A DNA stretch of 64,000 bases from Cyanobacteria bacterium P01_F01_bin.150 (GTDB lineage Bacteria; Cyanobacteriota; Cyanobacteriia; CAKZMO01). The notes beneath the pieces were generated by a model, which had not been told where the DNA came from, ran no database searches, and saw nothing but the letters and a program-made list of their open reading frames with translations. Location of the stretch: assembly GCA_039189765.1 (NCBI GenBank), contig JBCCYL010000003.1, forward strand, positions 112,706 through 176,705, read 5' to 3'. Each line of letters starts with the position of its first letter. The stretch's first letter is position 1. A program made the translations under genes and the position numbers. Positions 1-10,700 of the stretch are shown here, one piece after another.

Positions 1-1435
1 CGCCCACCCATATTTGCGTATGTCCCCCTGGCAAGACCGTCCCCATAACTATGCTGCTGTCCTGAGCGATCGCGACTGATGTCTGCATCTGATTGCCCGA
101 TAACTGACGCCGCAATAGTTGTCCTTGATTGATCCAGTATTGGGATTGGGAATTTACGTCAAACTGGGCGATCGCGCCGTAACTCTCTACGGCTAAGCGG
201 GACTGCGGTGAGACCAAACAAACCACCTGTCCCTGTTGACCAATAAGCGTAGTTCCACCCTGAATTCGCCAGCGGAGGTTGGGCATTAAAGAACCATTTA
301 GCAACACCGTGCCATCCTCTCGCTTAAACGCATCCTGCTCCCAATAGATCCAAGACAGCTTTCCAGCCTCAACCGTAGCCGATAAGATAATACCTTCGGT
401 GGTAAAAACAGGCGTAACGGTAACATTCCCATAAACCGTTTCCGTTGGTATGGCGGACGCTTGACGAGACGCCTGAATAGGTGAAGACACCGTGCAGTTA
501 GGACAGTGCGATCGCGCATGGTCAATCCCGCAGGTGGTGCAGGTGGTCCACCGAAGGCTTTCGAGGAGCGATCGCGGCAGCATACCCCGCCAATCCTGTT
601 CAAACACTTGATGAAAATGCTGCAAGAGTTCATCCGGCAGGCAGTCGTACGGTAAAGCAGGCTTGGGATAGCGCACCTCTGGGTGAAACACAGTAATCCG
701 CTTCAATGACCGGGCACTTTGGGGAACGCGCTGACTTTTATCCTTGGGTTTATGCACACCACCATAAGGATCGACAAACAACAAACACTGCATCAGCATT
801 ACCGAAAAGGCATACCAGTCGGATTCCACCGTATGGGACTGCTGTAGTATCGGTTGATTCGCATCAGGGTCACAAAGTAACGGATCGACAAAGCGGGCCG
901 TAAACATAGGACAGGAAAACGCTCCAAACTGAAAGGAATCGGTATCAATAATGTACGCTGACCTATCCTTGACCAGCACGTTTAAATCATTAAAATCGCC
1001 AATTACAACGTTCTGCTGATGTAGCTGGGTGATAGTGCGGTGCAAATCCAAGAAGATATCCACCACGGTTTGAGCCGCAATCCCCTGGCGGAAAGCGCGA
1101 TCGCCATACCTCAACAATACCTCCGTATCCTTTACCAACGGCATGGTGTAGCCTAATATCTGCCGCTCTCGCTTATCCATCGCTAACTCTTGGGGACTAA
1201 TCACTCGTTCCGGTAAGCCCACCGGAAACTGACGGAGCTTTTGCTGATGCTGGCGGAGGCGATCGCGTGCGGCTTGCTGAGCCTCTGGCATCCCCGCAAA
1301 GTCTGGGTGGTCAGGGGGCTTAAAGACCTTTATGGCGCGATCGCGTCTCCATTGAAAGACGTCTGCTTCTCCTCCCTTGCCAATGGCATTTTTTGCAGTG
1401 AGCCGAACTTTTTGCTGATTAACGTAAATATCCAT
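1..1435 (-). CDS. Ser/Thr protein kinase-like protein of TerY-P-triad type with a Zn-ribbon; C-terminus runs off the window
   Basis: Not in the ORF track because it has no stop in the window. Manual translation from ATG 1435 gives MDIYVNQQKVRLTAKNAIGKGGEADVF...AIKVF...VVIGDFNDLNVLV...IIDTDSFQF...SDWYAFSVML, then CTTC...HCPNC. The start overlaps the PP2C stop. Confidence 0.88.
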   Translation of the reverse strand, partial: MDIYVNQQKVRLTAKNAIGKGGEADVFQWRRDRAIKVFKPPDHPDFAGMPEAQQAARDRLRQHQQKLRQFPVGLPERVISPQELAMDKRERQILGYTMPLVKDTEVLLRYGDRAFRQGIAAQTVVDIFLDLHRTITQLHQQNVVIGDFNDLNVLVKDRSAYIIDTDSFQFGAFSCPMFTARFVDPLLCDPDANQPILQQSHTVESDWYAFSVMLMQCLLFVDPYGGVHKPKDKSQRVPQSARSLKRITVFHPEVRYPKPALPYDCLPDELLQHFHQVFEQDWRGMLPRSLLESLRWTTCTTCGIDHARSHCPNCTVSSPIQASRQASAIPTETVYGNVTVTPVFTTEGIILSATVEAGKLSWIYWEQDAFKREDGTVLLNGSLMPNLRWRIQGGTTLIGQQGQVVCLVSPQSRLAVESYGAIAQFDVNSQSQYWINQGQLLRRQLSGNQMQTSVAIAQDSSIVMGTVLPGGHTQIWVG

Positions 1436-2360
1436 AATTTTTCCTCATCACTACCAACGTCGTGTCGTCTGGCAGCAATCCTCCAGTTTTAATAAGCTGT
1501 TGGCTAGCCCAGTCTGGCGTTGTCCGCTCACGATTAATTAGGGCCAACCGTCGTCGAACCATGTCAGGATTTTGAAAGTAGCGATCGCCCTGCCAAAACT
1601 GACTGAGATCGCCAATCGGTTCAGGGTTATTCGATAGTTTGCTTGGAAGTGAATGAGAAGCGATTGCCCTCAGATCCTCTACGCCATCGCTACCAATCAG
1701 AATCGATCGCACCTCTGATGTTGGCGCTTGATAATGCATGGCAAATTGTAGTTTTTCAGGGATAAAGGATGTGTAGCCTTCCGGCATCAGACCATAGGCT
1801 AAATAAGGCGGTGCATTATTGGAAAATGGCCCAATGGAGAACACGTCATCATTGACGGCAAAGACACCATCGCCGACCCCAAACACAAGGGTTGTCTCAG
1901 GAGTCATAACGGCCCCAATGACGGTGAATAGTAAATAGGATTGAATAATTGACCAGTTGGTGATGTCAGATGAGGACGGCTGGAGGGTCGTAATCAGCGA
2001 TCGCATCTTTCCCAACACATCCTGCTGTACCCGACGCCATAATTGAGGGTCTGTAATATCAGCACGAACTTGGAGCTGGGCAGCAACGGCATTTACAACC
2101 CACTTTGCGCCTAACCTTGCGCCGACCTCGCTAAAGGGACCGCTCCCACAGCCATCACAGACAACGGCGATCGCCCCGGTATTTCCTGCTTGCTGCGGAT
2201 AACTAGATGACTCGACACTGTCTTTATCTTCAATCGTCGGCAGCTCTAAATAACGCCAGGCAAATGCGTCCTGATTATTCTGGCCTTTACGTCGATGGAC
2301 GTGCCCCTGGACAGAGCCAGCGGCAATCTCAATATGTTGTTGAGTAGGGTGCTGCTGCAT
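1419..2360 (-). CDS. PP2C-family (PP2C_2) protein phosphatase
   Basis: Motifs NQDA, VCDGCGS, GVGDG, GSDG and DDTT. The start is moved from 2399 to ATG 2360, which has an AAGGAG RBS at 2371-2376. Confidence 0.88.
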   Translation of the reverse strand: MQQHPTQQHIEIAAGSVQGHVHRRKGQNNQDAFAWRYLELPTIEDKDSVESSSYPQQAGNTGAIAVVCDGCGSGPFSEVGARLGAKWVVNAVAAQLQVRADITDPQLWRRVQQDVLGKMRSLITTLQPSSSDITNWSIIQSYLLFTVIGAVMTPETTLVFGVGDGVFAVNDDVFSIGPFSNNAPPYLAYGLMPEGYTSFIPEKLQFAMHYQAPTSEVRSILIGSDGVEDLRAIASHSLPSKLSNNPEPIGDLSQFWQGDRYFQNPDMVRRRLALINRERTTPDWASQQLIKTGGLLPDDTTLVVMRKNYGYLR

Positions 2361-2382
2361 AGGAATGCGGCTCCTTTTTGAA

Positions 2383-2444
2383 TAGTGTAAATAAAACACT
2401 TATCCCGACGCTTCCATGTTAGTGTTCAAAATACACTATGTCAA
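2383..2444 (-). promoter_or_regulatory. Sigma70-type promoter TTGACA-N17-TAACAT with two TAGTGT-N7-ACACT(A/T) operators (NrtR-like)
   Basis: -35 at 2439-2444 and -10 at 2416-2421 on the minus strand. Palindromes at 2420-2438 (covering the spacer) and 2383-2401. Confidence 0.72.
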
Positions 2445-2519
2445 GATAGAGTTTTGCTATTCCTCTGTTAGAAGTCTGTATGCGTTGAAATAATTGGGGG
2501 ATAGCCTATAGGTTTAAAT

Positions 2520-3587
2520 TTAAGAGACCAGAATATGGCCCATGCAAAGTCCAATCAGCAGACCAACAGCAGCACTGATAGCAAAGACTTGACTTCTTGC
2601 CCGCTGCGTATATCCCAGAGTTTTCATTTCAACCCAGCCAATTGCCCCTAATCCAAGTCCTCCGATGCCCAAAAACAGCAAAATAGCCATGGGAAAACGA
2701 CCAGACACAATTACCGTACGGCCATAGCCCGCAAACAGCCAGTTGGCGCTACTAATGAAAAGAGTTGCAATTCCTGCGACCCATAAGCTGTCAGACAAGG
2801 CTTTGCGCCAAGACCACCCTAAAAATTTCAAACTGACGATAAGGGTTAACAGGACCAACCCAGCAAACAACAGCGCCCAGAGAGAAAGGCCAATACTGAC
2901 TAGGGTGGCGATCGCACCACACACTGGCAAAAACCAAACCAGCGCCTCATCCCAAGCCACAATCAAGGCACTACTCCAAACCAAAAGTCCTGCCCCCACT
3001 CCCGTCTGATATAGTCCCAGCAAAATTCCCAAACACACATACCCCAGGATTAATAGTGCGAGAGGAGGGCGGGGAAGTTTTGTCCAGTGCTGTAAAGTAA
3101 GACGAGTGTAAGCAGGAGTAGCGAGAGTTTGTGGCCGCGAAAGCGTTACGGAAGCTGGGATCTGGGATCTAGGCAATGTAGCTTCAGGGTTATCAGGCAC
3201 AGGAGTAGACAACGGGGTTGCAGTTGATTCTACGACCGGGATTCTTAATTCATCAGGGCGTACAGCCTCGGGTAAGTGCTCAATATCACTCGGCGAAAAT
3301 TGAGCACCGTCTAATTGTGCCTGCTCCCAAACAATGCCCTCCAACTGGGCACCACGAACGTTGGCCTTTTTTAGATTGGCTCCCGTGAAATTTGCGTGGC
3401 TGAGGTTTGCTTTATACAGATTAGCGGTGAAAAGATTGGCCTGTTCAAACTGAGCATGGGAGAGATTGGCTCTGCTAAAATCGGCCCCCACCAACTCTGC
3501 GCCTCTTAAATCAGCGTGACGTAAATCGATCCATTTAAAATTGCGCTTGCCCGTTTTATACAAGTCTAAAAATTCCGCCACATTCAT
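2520..3587 (-). CDS. Pentapeptide-repeat protein with a multi-TM C-terminus
   Basis: A(D/N)LxxA pentapeptide repeats at the N-terminus, a Pro-rich linker and several hydrophobic helices. Confidence 0.85.
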   Translation of the reverse strand: MNVAEFLDLYKTGKRNFKWIDLRHADLRGAELVGADFSRANLSHAQFEQANLFTANLYKANLSHANFTGANLKKANVRGAQLEGIVWEQAQLDGAQFSPSDIEHLPEAVRPDELRIPVVESTATPLSTPVPDNPEATLPRSQIPASVTLSRPQTLATPAYTRLTLQHWTKLPRPPLALLILGYVCLGILLGLYQTGVGAGLLVWSSALIVAWDEALVWFLPVCGAIATLVSIGLSLWALLFAGLVLLTLIVSLKFLGWSWRKALSDSLWVAGIATLFISSANWLFAGYGRTVIVSGRFPMAILLFLGIGGLGLGAIGWVEMKTLGYTQRARSQVFAISAAVGLLIGLCMGHILVS

Positions 3588-3764
3588 ATTGTGCCTCGTG
3601 ATGCTGCTATCCTATGGCAAATTATGGCGTAGCATCTGCACAGCGTGAAGGGGAAGGGCGATCGCCTTCATAGAGCTATAGACTTCTTCCAGGATTACTG
3701 GGAGTCTGCGATCAGGAAAGGCTTCCAGTAAGCTTAAAAGGATTACTAATATAGTGAATGCTCT

Positions 3765-4643
3765 GTGGTATCTCAATTTGTTCAATTGCTGGTCCGCTCT
3801 TCTACCACCCTAATGAAGAGATTAATGTCTTTGACTACGGTTTGGGTCGTGCTGGTTTTAGCTGTTGGGATGCTGAGCGAGCCAGCGTGGGCCGGAGCAT
3901 TGCCTCAACTACCGCTGTTTAGGACCCAACATGAATTGAGCGATCGCATTGCATCGTTTCCAAACTGGACCACTAAGCCACCAGTAAAAGACTCTGAAGG
4001 AGATTTGGTCTATCCTGACTGGTTTGAAGGGGAGTGGCAGATGACGTCAACCCTCGTGAATATGGTAGCTCCACTGGCACCTGACGTGATCACGCCAGGG
4101 TTTGAGGGAAATCGGCAGTTTTTAGACCGACCCATTACAGCTCCCATTCGATTTGTCAGAAAGCCGGTGGAAAGCGGTCGGTTTTTGGGCCAAAGCATTA
4201 AGGCACAAGAAAAAGTGGTCTCGGATCGGGCCTTTAATGGGTTAAGTTTGGCGCGGGCTTACCTGGGGGATGAAGCCGTAGATGATGTAAAGGTCGATCC
4301 GGATAATGCTAATCGTCAGATTACGTTTCTAAATGATGGACAACAGTTAAGTTCTACTGTAACGGGACGATTAGTGGAGCAGGCGGCTGACGATAGATTT
4401 ACTACGACAGAGATTTTTCAGCAGTTTTTTGGGGGCGATCGCCCCACCATCTACCTAAATGCAGTCGAAAATACAACCGCCTATCATCAGATTGATTCCG
4501 AAGAGGATGTCCAAACGTCTCCCGTAATTACGGCGGATCAAATTACTGCTATTTACCTATCGCCTCAAGACCCAGACTACTTTAAAGCTAGGGATAAACC
4601 CGTGGCTCTTTATCGTTATCGCCTGGATCTTAAGCGAGACTGA
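3765..4643 (+). CDS. Conserved cyanobacterial exported hypothetical protein (DUF6816-like)
   Basis: 292 aa ORF with a signal-peptide-like N-terminus and an LVYPDWFEGEW motif. Start uncertain. Confidence 0.65.
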   Translation: MVSQFVQLLVRSSTTLMKRLMSLTTVWVVLVLAVGMLSEPAWAGALPQLPLFRTQHELSDRIASFPNWTTKPPVKDSEGDLVYPDWFEGEWQMTSTLVNMVAPLAPDVITPGFEGNRQFLDRPITAPIRFVRKPVESGRFLGQSIKAQEKVVSDRAFNGLSLARAYLGDEAVDDVKVDPDNANRQITFLNDGQQLSSTVTGRLVEQAADDRFTTTEIFQQFFGGDRPTIYLNAVENTTAYHQIDSEEDVQTSPVITADQITAIYLSPQDPDYFKARDKPVALYRYRLDLKRD

Positions 4644-4669
4644 GGGGCTTGCAAAAAAATGGACTAGCT

Positions 4670-4703
4670 GGTGCGTTACGGCTGTCGCCTACACGCACCC
4701 TAC
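4670..4703 (-). repeat. GTAG-type REP-like palindrome
   Basis: Minus strand reads GTAG-GGTGCGT-GTAGGCGACAGCCGTA-ACGCACC, between convergent genes. Confidence 0.65.
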
Positions 4704-4717
4704 GCGAGCTGATGCTT

Positions 4718-7700
4718 CTAGACAAAGTCAGCACTGGTGATTTGGTTTACGTCAACTCCGACTAGAATAGCGACTTGATTTTGTCCTTGGGACAGGATGG
4801 TATTGTTGCCCTCTTGAGTCAGGGTGAGTTTATTAAATTTAACGCCTCTCAGCAAATCAGTGCCATCTTGGAATTTGCGAATGGTATCGGGTCCTCCCTT
4901 CTTAGAAAGAACGAAAATATCCTTTCCTCCGCCACCAATTAGCAGGTCTTCCCCTTTACCTCCAACTAATTTATCGTTGCCGCCGCCCCCTTTAAGAACA
5001 TCGTTGCCCTTACCGCCTTTGAGAGTGTCATTACCGCCGCCGCCGATTAGGACATCGTCTCCATTGCCGCCCTTAAGATTGTCTCGACCCTGGCCACCTA
5101 CTAGACGATCGTTGCCGTTAAAACCCAGCAATTTATCGTTCCCTCCTTGTCCTTTAATCGTGTCGTTAGCATCGCTACCGACTAGGCGATCGCCACTGGC
5201 ACTACCCACAAGATCTAAGGAAGCAGAAGCACCATCATCGCTTTTAGGGGTAAGAACATCCGTTGAGGTATCCAGGTCATTAGCGGTTGGAGATGTCGTT
5301 GGTGTAGTCGGCGTTATTGTGGCCGTATCATCACTGGGAGTCGTTGTCGGCGTTGTCGGCGTTGTTGTTGGCGTTGTTGTTGGCGTTGTTGTTGGGGTGG
5401 TTATGGGAGGCGTTACTACGACCGGAGCCTCTGCGATGGTGAGAACCATCTGGTTGGCCACGCTTAAGCCAGCTCGGTCTGTGGCCATAACCTCAAGCGT
5501 TAGCTGTCCTACATCACTATCTGTGGGGGTACCGCTAAAGGTTTGGGTATTTCCATTGAAGACTAGCCAACTGGGCAAAGCTGCACCGTTGGATTGTTTT
5601 GCACTAAAGGTTAGGCGATCGCTTGGGTCCACATCTGCAAACGTACCGTCAGGCACAGTCGCCGTAAAGGCAACGGTTGCGGTGGCAGAGGCATCGGCCA
5701 GAGGACTGGCGACAGTGGGGGCATTGTTGGCAATCACATTCAGTTCAAAGGTGTCTTCTGTGGATTGATTATCTTGGTCCGTGGCGGTAACTGTCACCCG
5801 AATGGTTCCCACATCGCCATCGGTGGGTTGACCACTAAAGGTTTGGGTCATGACATCAAAGGTAAGCCAGCCGGGCAAAACGCTGCCATCGTCAAGATTT
5901 GCCGTATATGTCAATTGATCATTAATATCCACATCTTGGAACGTAAGCGGGTCAACGGCCATATCAAAAGTGGCTCCAGCGATCGCCACCTGGTCGGCCA
6001 GCGGATTGATAGTGGTAGGCGCATCGTTTAATGGTTCCACCAGTAATTCAAAGGTTTCTACTGTGGACACGGTACCATCACTAACGCTAACGCTAATGGT
6101 GGCTGTACCGACCTGATTAGATTGTGGCGTGACGGTAAGAGTACGACTATCACCACTGCCAGTTATAGCAAGTCCATCCACTGTCACTAGATCGGGATTT
6201 GAAGAGGTAGCAACAACCGCAAGCGCCCCAGAGGGGGTTTCAGTATCGCTCAAATTGTTAATCTCAACAGTGACGCTGGTGTCCTCATCAAGGGTTTGGT
6301 CGCTGATGGCATCCATTTGAGGCGCATCATTGCTTGCAGCAACAGTGACATCAAACTGGGTAGAGACCTCATCGGTGCCATCACTGGTAGTAACGGTGAC
6401 AGTCGCACGTCCTGACTGGTCCGCAGCAGGGGTAATGGAAAGGCTGCGATCGCTCCCCGTCCCGTCTAAGACCAAACCGGATTGGGGCAATAACGCTGAA
6501 TCGGACGAAGTAACACTTACCGTCAGATTGTCAGGATCGAGTTCTAAATCATCCAATCGAATGGCGATCGCATCAATCACCCCATCTTCATCCACCGTCT
6601 GGTCGGCGATCGCCTCGATCATTGGCACATCATTTACGGCTTCTACATCCACCGTAAAGCTATCGGTAGTGATATTTGTGCCATCATTTACCGTTATCGT
6701 TAGTGTCGTTGTGCCAAAGGCATTCGCGACAGGTTCCAAACTGAGAGTGCGATTTTCGCCATTGCCGCCAAGCATAATATTGGCATCGGGCAAGAGCCCA
6801 GGATTGGAGGACGTAACCGTCACCAGCAAGTTGTTGGCATTAGTTTCCAAGTCGCTAACTGTAAATGGAATATTGGTAAGGGGGGTATCTTCTAGTGTTG
6901 TTTGGGCGATTGGAACCTGTAGCGTTGGCGCATCATCAACCGGATCAACAACAACATCAAAGATTTGGGTGGCGGTAGCAAAGCCATCACTGAGGGTAAG
7001 GGTAATGGTGCTGGAACCAATAGCATTGGCGCTAGGAGTAATAGATAGAGTGCGATCGCTGCCTGAGCCTTCCACCACAATATTATTGACGGGAATCAGT
7101 TCAGGATTGGAGGACGCTGCCGTAATCGTCAACGCTCCCGCTGGGCTTTCCACATCAGATACTTGAACCGAAATATTGGTAAGGGATGTATCTTCCGCCG
7201 TGCGTTGAGTGGCGATTGGCCCTAAAACTGGCGCATCGTTATCCGGCACCACCGTAATTTCAAAGGTTTGGGTAGAGATATTGGTGCCGTCGCTAACCTT
7301 TACGGTAATTTCAGTGGTGCCAAACTGATCGGGGGCAGGCAGGATCGTCAAACTGCGATTGGCGGTTGTCCCAGTAATCGTGATATTTTCGTCAGGAATC
7401 AACACCGTATCGGTGGACGTAGCACTGACCAATAAGGCACCAACTGGGTTGTCAGAATCCGCAACCACAAACTCAATGGGGGCAGAAAGCGTATCTTCTA
7501 AGGTGCTCTGTGCATCAATAACCGACACAATGGGCGCATCGTTATCGGCTCCAACGGTCACAGCAAAAGAGGTCTCTGTGGTTTTATCTCCATCAGTGAC
7601 CATTAGGGTAACAGTGGTGCTGCCGGACTGATCAGCCTCTGGGGTAAGCACTAGGGAGCGACTAGTGCCAGTCCCGCTGATAGCGATGCCGTTGGGCGTC

Positions 7701-10700
7701 AGCAGATCTAAGTTAGAAGAGGTCGCAGTAATGCTTAACCCGCCGATGTCGGAGTCAATATCATCCACGGTAAAGGGAATGGCATTGGAAAATCCATCTT
7801 CAGAAATCGCCTGATTGGAAATAGTTGAGATGCTGGGAGCATCATTGACGGGAGTAACCGTTAACTCAAAGTCTTGGCTGCTGGATGTAATTCCATCACT
7901 AACCGTCACGGTAACCATGGTGGTTCCAGATGCATCTTCGGCTGGAGTAATGGCGATCGCCCGTTCACTGCCCGTGCCCGCAATGGTAATATTTTCGTCC
8001 GGAACCAAAGCACCGTCAGCCGCTGTGGCCGTAACGGTAAGCTCCCCAGCGCTATGGTCAAGATCAGAGATGGTAACCATGATTGGAGAAGTTGTGCCGT
8101 CTTCTGCAACCGACTGATCTGCTATTACAGATAGGGTAGGAGCATCATTTTCAGCAGCGACAATCACCTCAAACATCTCAGTTGTTGTAATGTCGCCATC
8201 GTCCACCAAAAGAGTAATAGTAGCCGTGCCGCTGCTGTTGCTGACGGGAGAAATGCTTAGGGTGCGGTCATTTCCCCTACCGCCAAGGATAATTTGGCTG
8301 GAGGGAATTAAAGCCGAATTGTCAGAGGTGGCCGTAACCGTGATCGCCTCAGCATCCGTTTCCAAATCATCAACGGTAAAGTTTAAGGCTGCAACGGTGC
8401 CATCTTCTGCAATTAGCTGGTCGGCGATCGCAGTAATCGTCGGCTGATCGTTGACTGCATTGACAACCACATCAAAGGTCTGGGTGACGGTGGCTTCTCC
8501 ATCATTAACGGCAATAGTAATCGCCGTAGTGCCGGACAAATCGGCATTGGGAGTAATAGTTAGAAATCGCTCGCTGCCTGTGCCCGTAATGACAATATTG
8601 TTGTTGGGGACTAAGGTGGTGTTAGAAGACGTAGCCGTGACCAGTAGGTTTTCCGCTGCCGTTTCAATATCACCAATGGCGATCGCCAGCCCGTCTATGG
8701 GAGTGTCCTCATCGGTTATTTGGGTGGCGATCGCCGCTAACGTGGGTTGATCATTATCAGGGACGACCACAACTTCAAAGGTCTCTTCTGTCAGTAGGCT
8801 GCCATCATTGACGCCAAGGGTAATCATGGTAGTGCCAAATTGATTCACCGCAGGGGTGACGGTGATCGTCCGATTTGCGCCGTTGCCACCTAGGGTAATC
8901 GCGCCATTGGGAATCAGCGCTTGATTGGAGGATATAGCCGTAACCACCAGGTCTTCAGTTAGGGTCTCCACATCACCAATGGTAAAGCTGATCGCCTCAC
9001 TCCGGCTATCTTCGACGATGATCTGATTGCCAATGGAGCTGAGGGTCGGTGCATCATTCTCCTCTCCCACTGACAAATTAAAGGTTTCCGTTATCCGATC
9101 AACCCCATCGTTAACGGTGATAGTGATAATAGCTGAACCAGAGGTATTGCTGGCAGGGTTTAGGGTCAGCGTTCGATCTTGACCCGAACCGCCTAGAACA
9201 ATGCCATTAGCTGGCAGTAAATCGGGGTTGGAGGATGTCGCGGTAATGATTAGACTATCCGGAGCCGTCTCCACATCACTAACGCTAAAGGTCAGCCCTG
9301 AGACCGTCTCGTCTTCTCCGATCGCCTGGTCTTCAATGGCCGTAATCGTGGGCAAATCGTTTTCGGGAGAGACAACCACATCAAAGGTTTGAGAAACCGT
9401 ATTATTTCCGTCATCCTCTAGCTGAACCGTAATGGTTGCCGTGCCAAAAGCATTGGCCACAGGGGTAAAGGAAAGCGTTCGAGCGGTACCGCTACCGCTG
9501 ACCACAATGGCGTCATTGGGCAATAGATCCGTATTATCTGAACTCGCGGCAATGGTGAACAAACTGGTGGGAGTATCCACATCATTGACGCTAAAAGGAA
9601 TGGATACCGTATTGCTATCCTCCAAAAGCTGCTGGTCGTTAAAGATGGACAGCACAGGGGCGTCGTTTTCTGGAGCTACCACTACATCAAAGGTCTCGGT
9701 AGTAGTGTTCAGCCCATCTTCAACCGTTACGGTAATCGTGGCGGTGCCAAACTGATCGGCGGCGGGGGTAATGGTTAGGGTGCGATCGCCCCCAATCCCC
9801 GATAGCTGAATATTGTCGTTGGGAATCAGGGTTGTATCAGAGGACATGGCCTGAACCGTCAACGTGTGAATGGCATCATCCACATCATCGATTTGAACGG
9901 CGATCGCCTCCGTTACCCCATCTTCAGCAATTGCCTGGTCGCCAATACTGCTAATAGTAGGGGCATCGTTTTCCGGCGATACGGTGACGCTAAAGGTCTC
10001 AGTGGTGGTGAGGTTTCCATCCCCCACAGTAATCGTAATATCGGTAGTCCCCGTTTGATTGGCTATCGGATCAATGGTGATAGTGCGGCTATCTCCCGTC
10101 CCCGTGGCCACTAAGCTATCCACCAGCGTCGTATTGGAGGAGCTAACGTTAACAGTTAACGTATCGCTGGCGGTTTCAGCATCACCAATGGTAAACGTAA
10201 AGGCATTATTGGTGCTGTCTTCAAGGATGACGCGATCGCTAACCGCACTAATGGTGGGGGCATCGTTTTCTGGATCGACCGTAACCGTAAAGGTTTCTTC
10301 AGTTGTGTTTTCCCCATCCGTAACGCTGAGGGTAATTATGGCAGTCCCTGACTGATTTGGCTCAGGGGTGATAGAAAGGGTTCGAGCGTCGCCAAACCCC
10401 AGTAACTCAATATTGTCATTGGCAATCAAAGCCTGATTATCCGAGACAGCGGTGACCTGGAGAGCAAGGGACGGAGATTCAATATCACTGATGGTAAAGG
10501 GAATCGCCGTAATTGCTGTGTCTTCCGTGGTTGTTTGATCGCTAACGGCATTGATAGTGGGAGCATCATTATCAGGCGTTATGGTGACATCAAAGGTCTC
10601 CGTAACGGCATCAGCGCCATCATCCACTGTCAGAGTAATCGTGGCCGTGCCGTATCCATCGGCGGCTGGGGTCACGGTGATGGTGCGATTCTCCCCGGCT

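Noticed and set aside
298..1492. Short ORFs 298-633, 706-903 and 1241-1492
   Set aside because: They overlap the real kinase reading frame that runs off the window.
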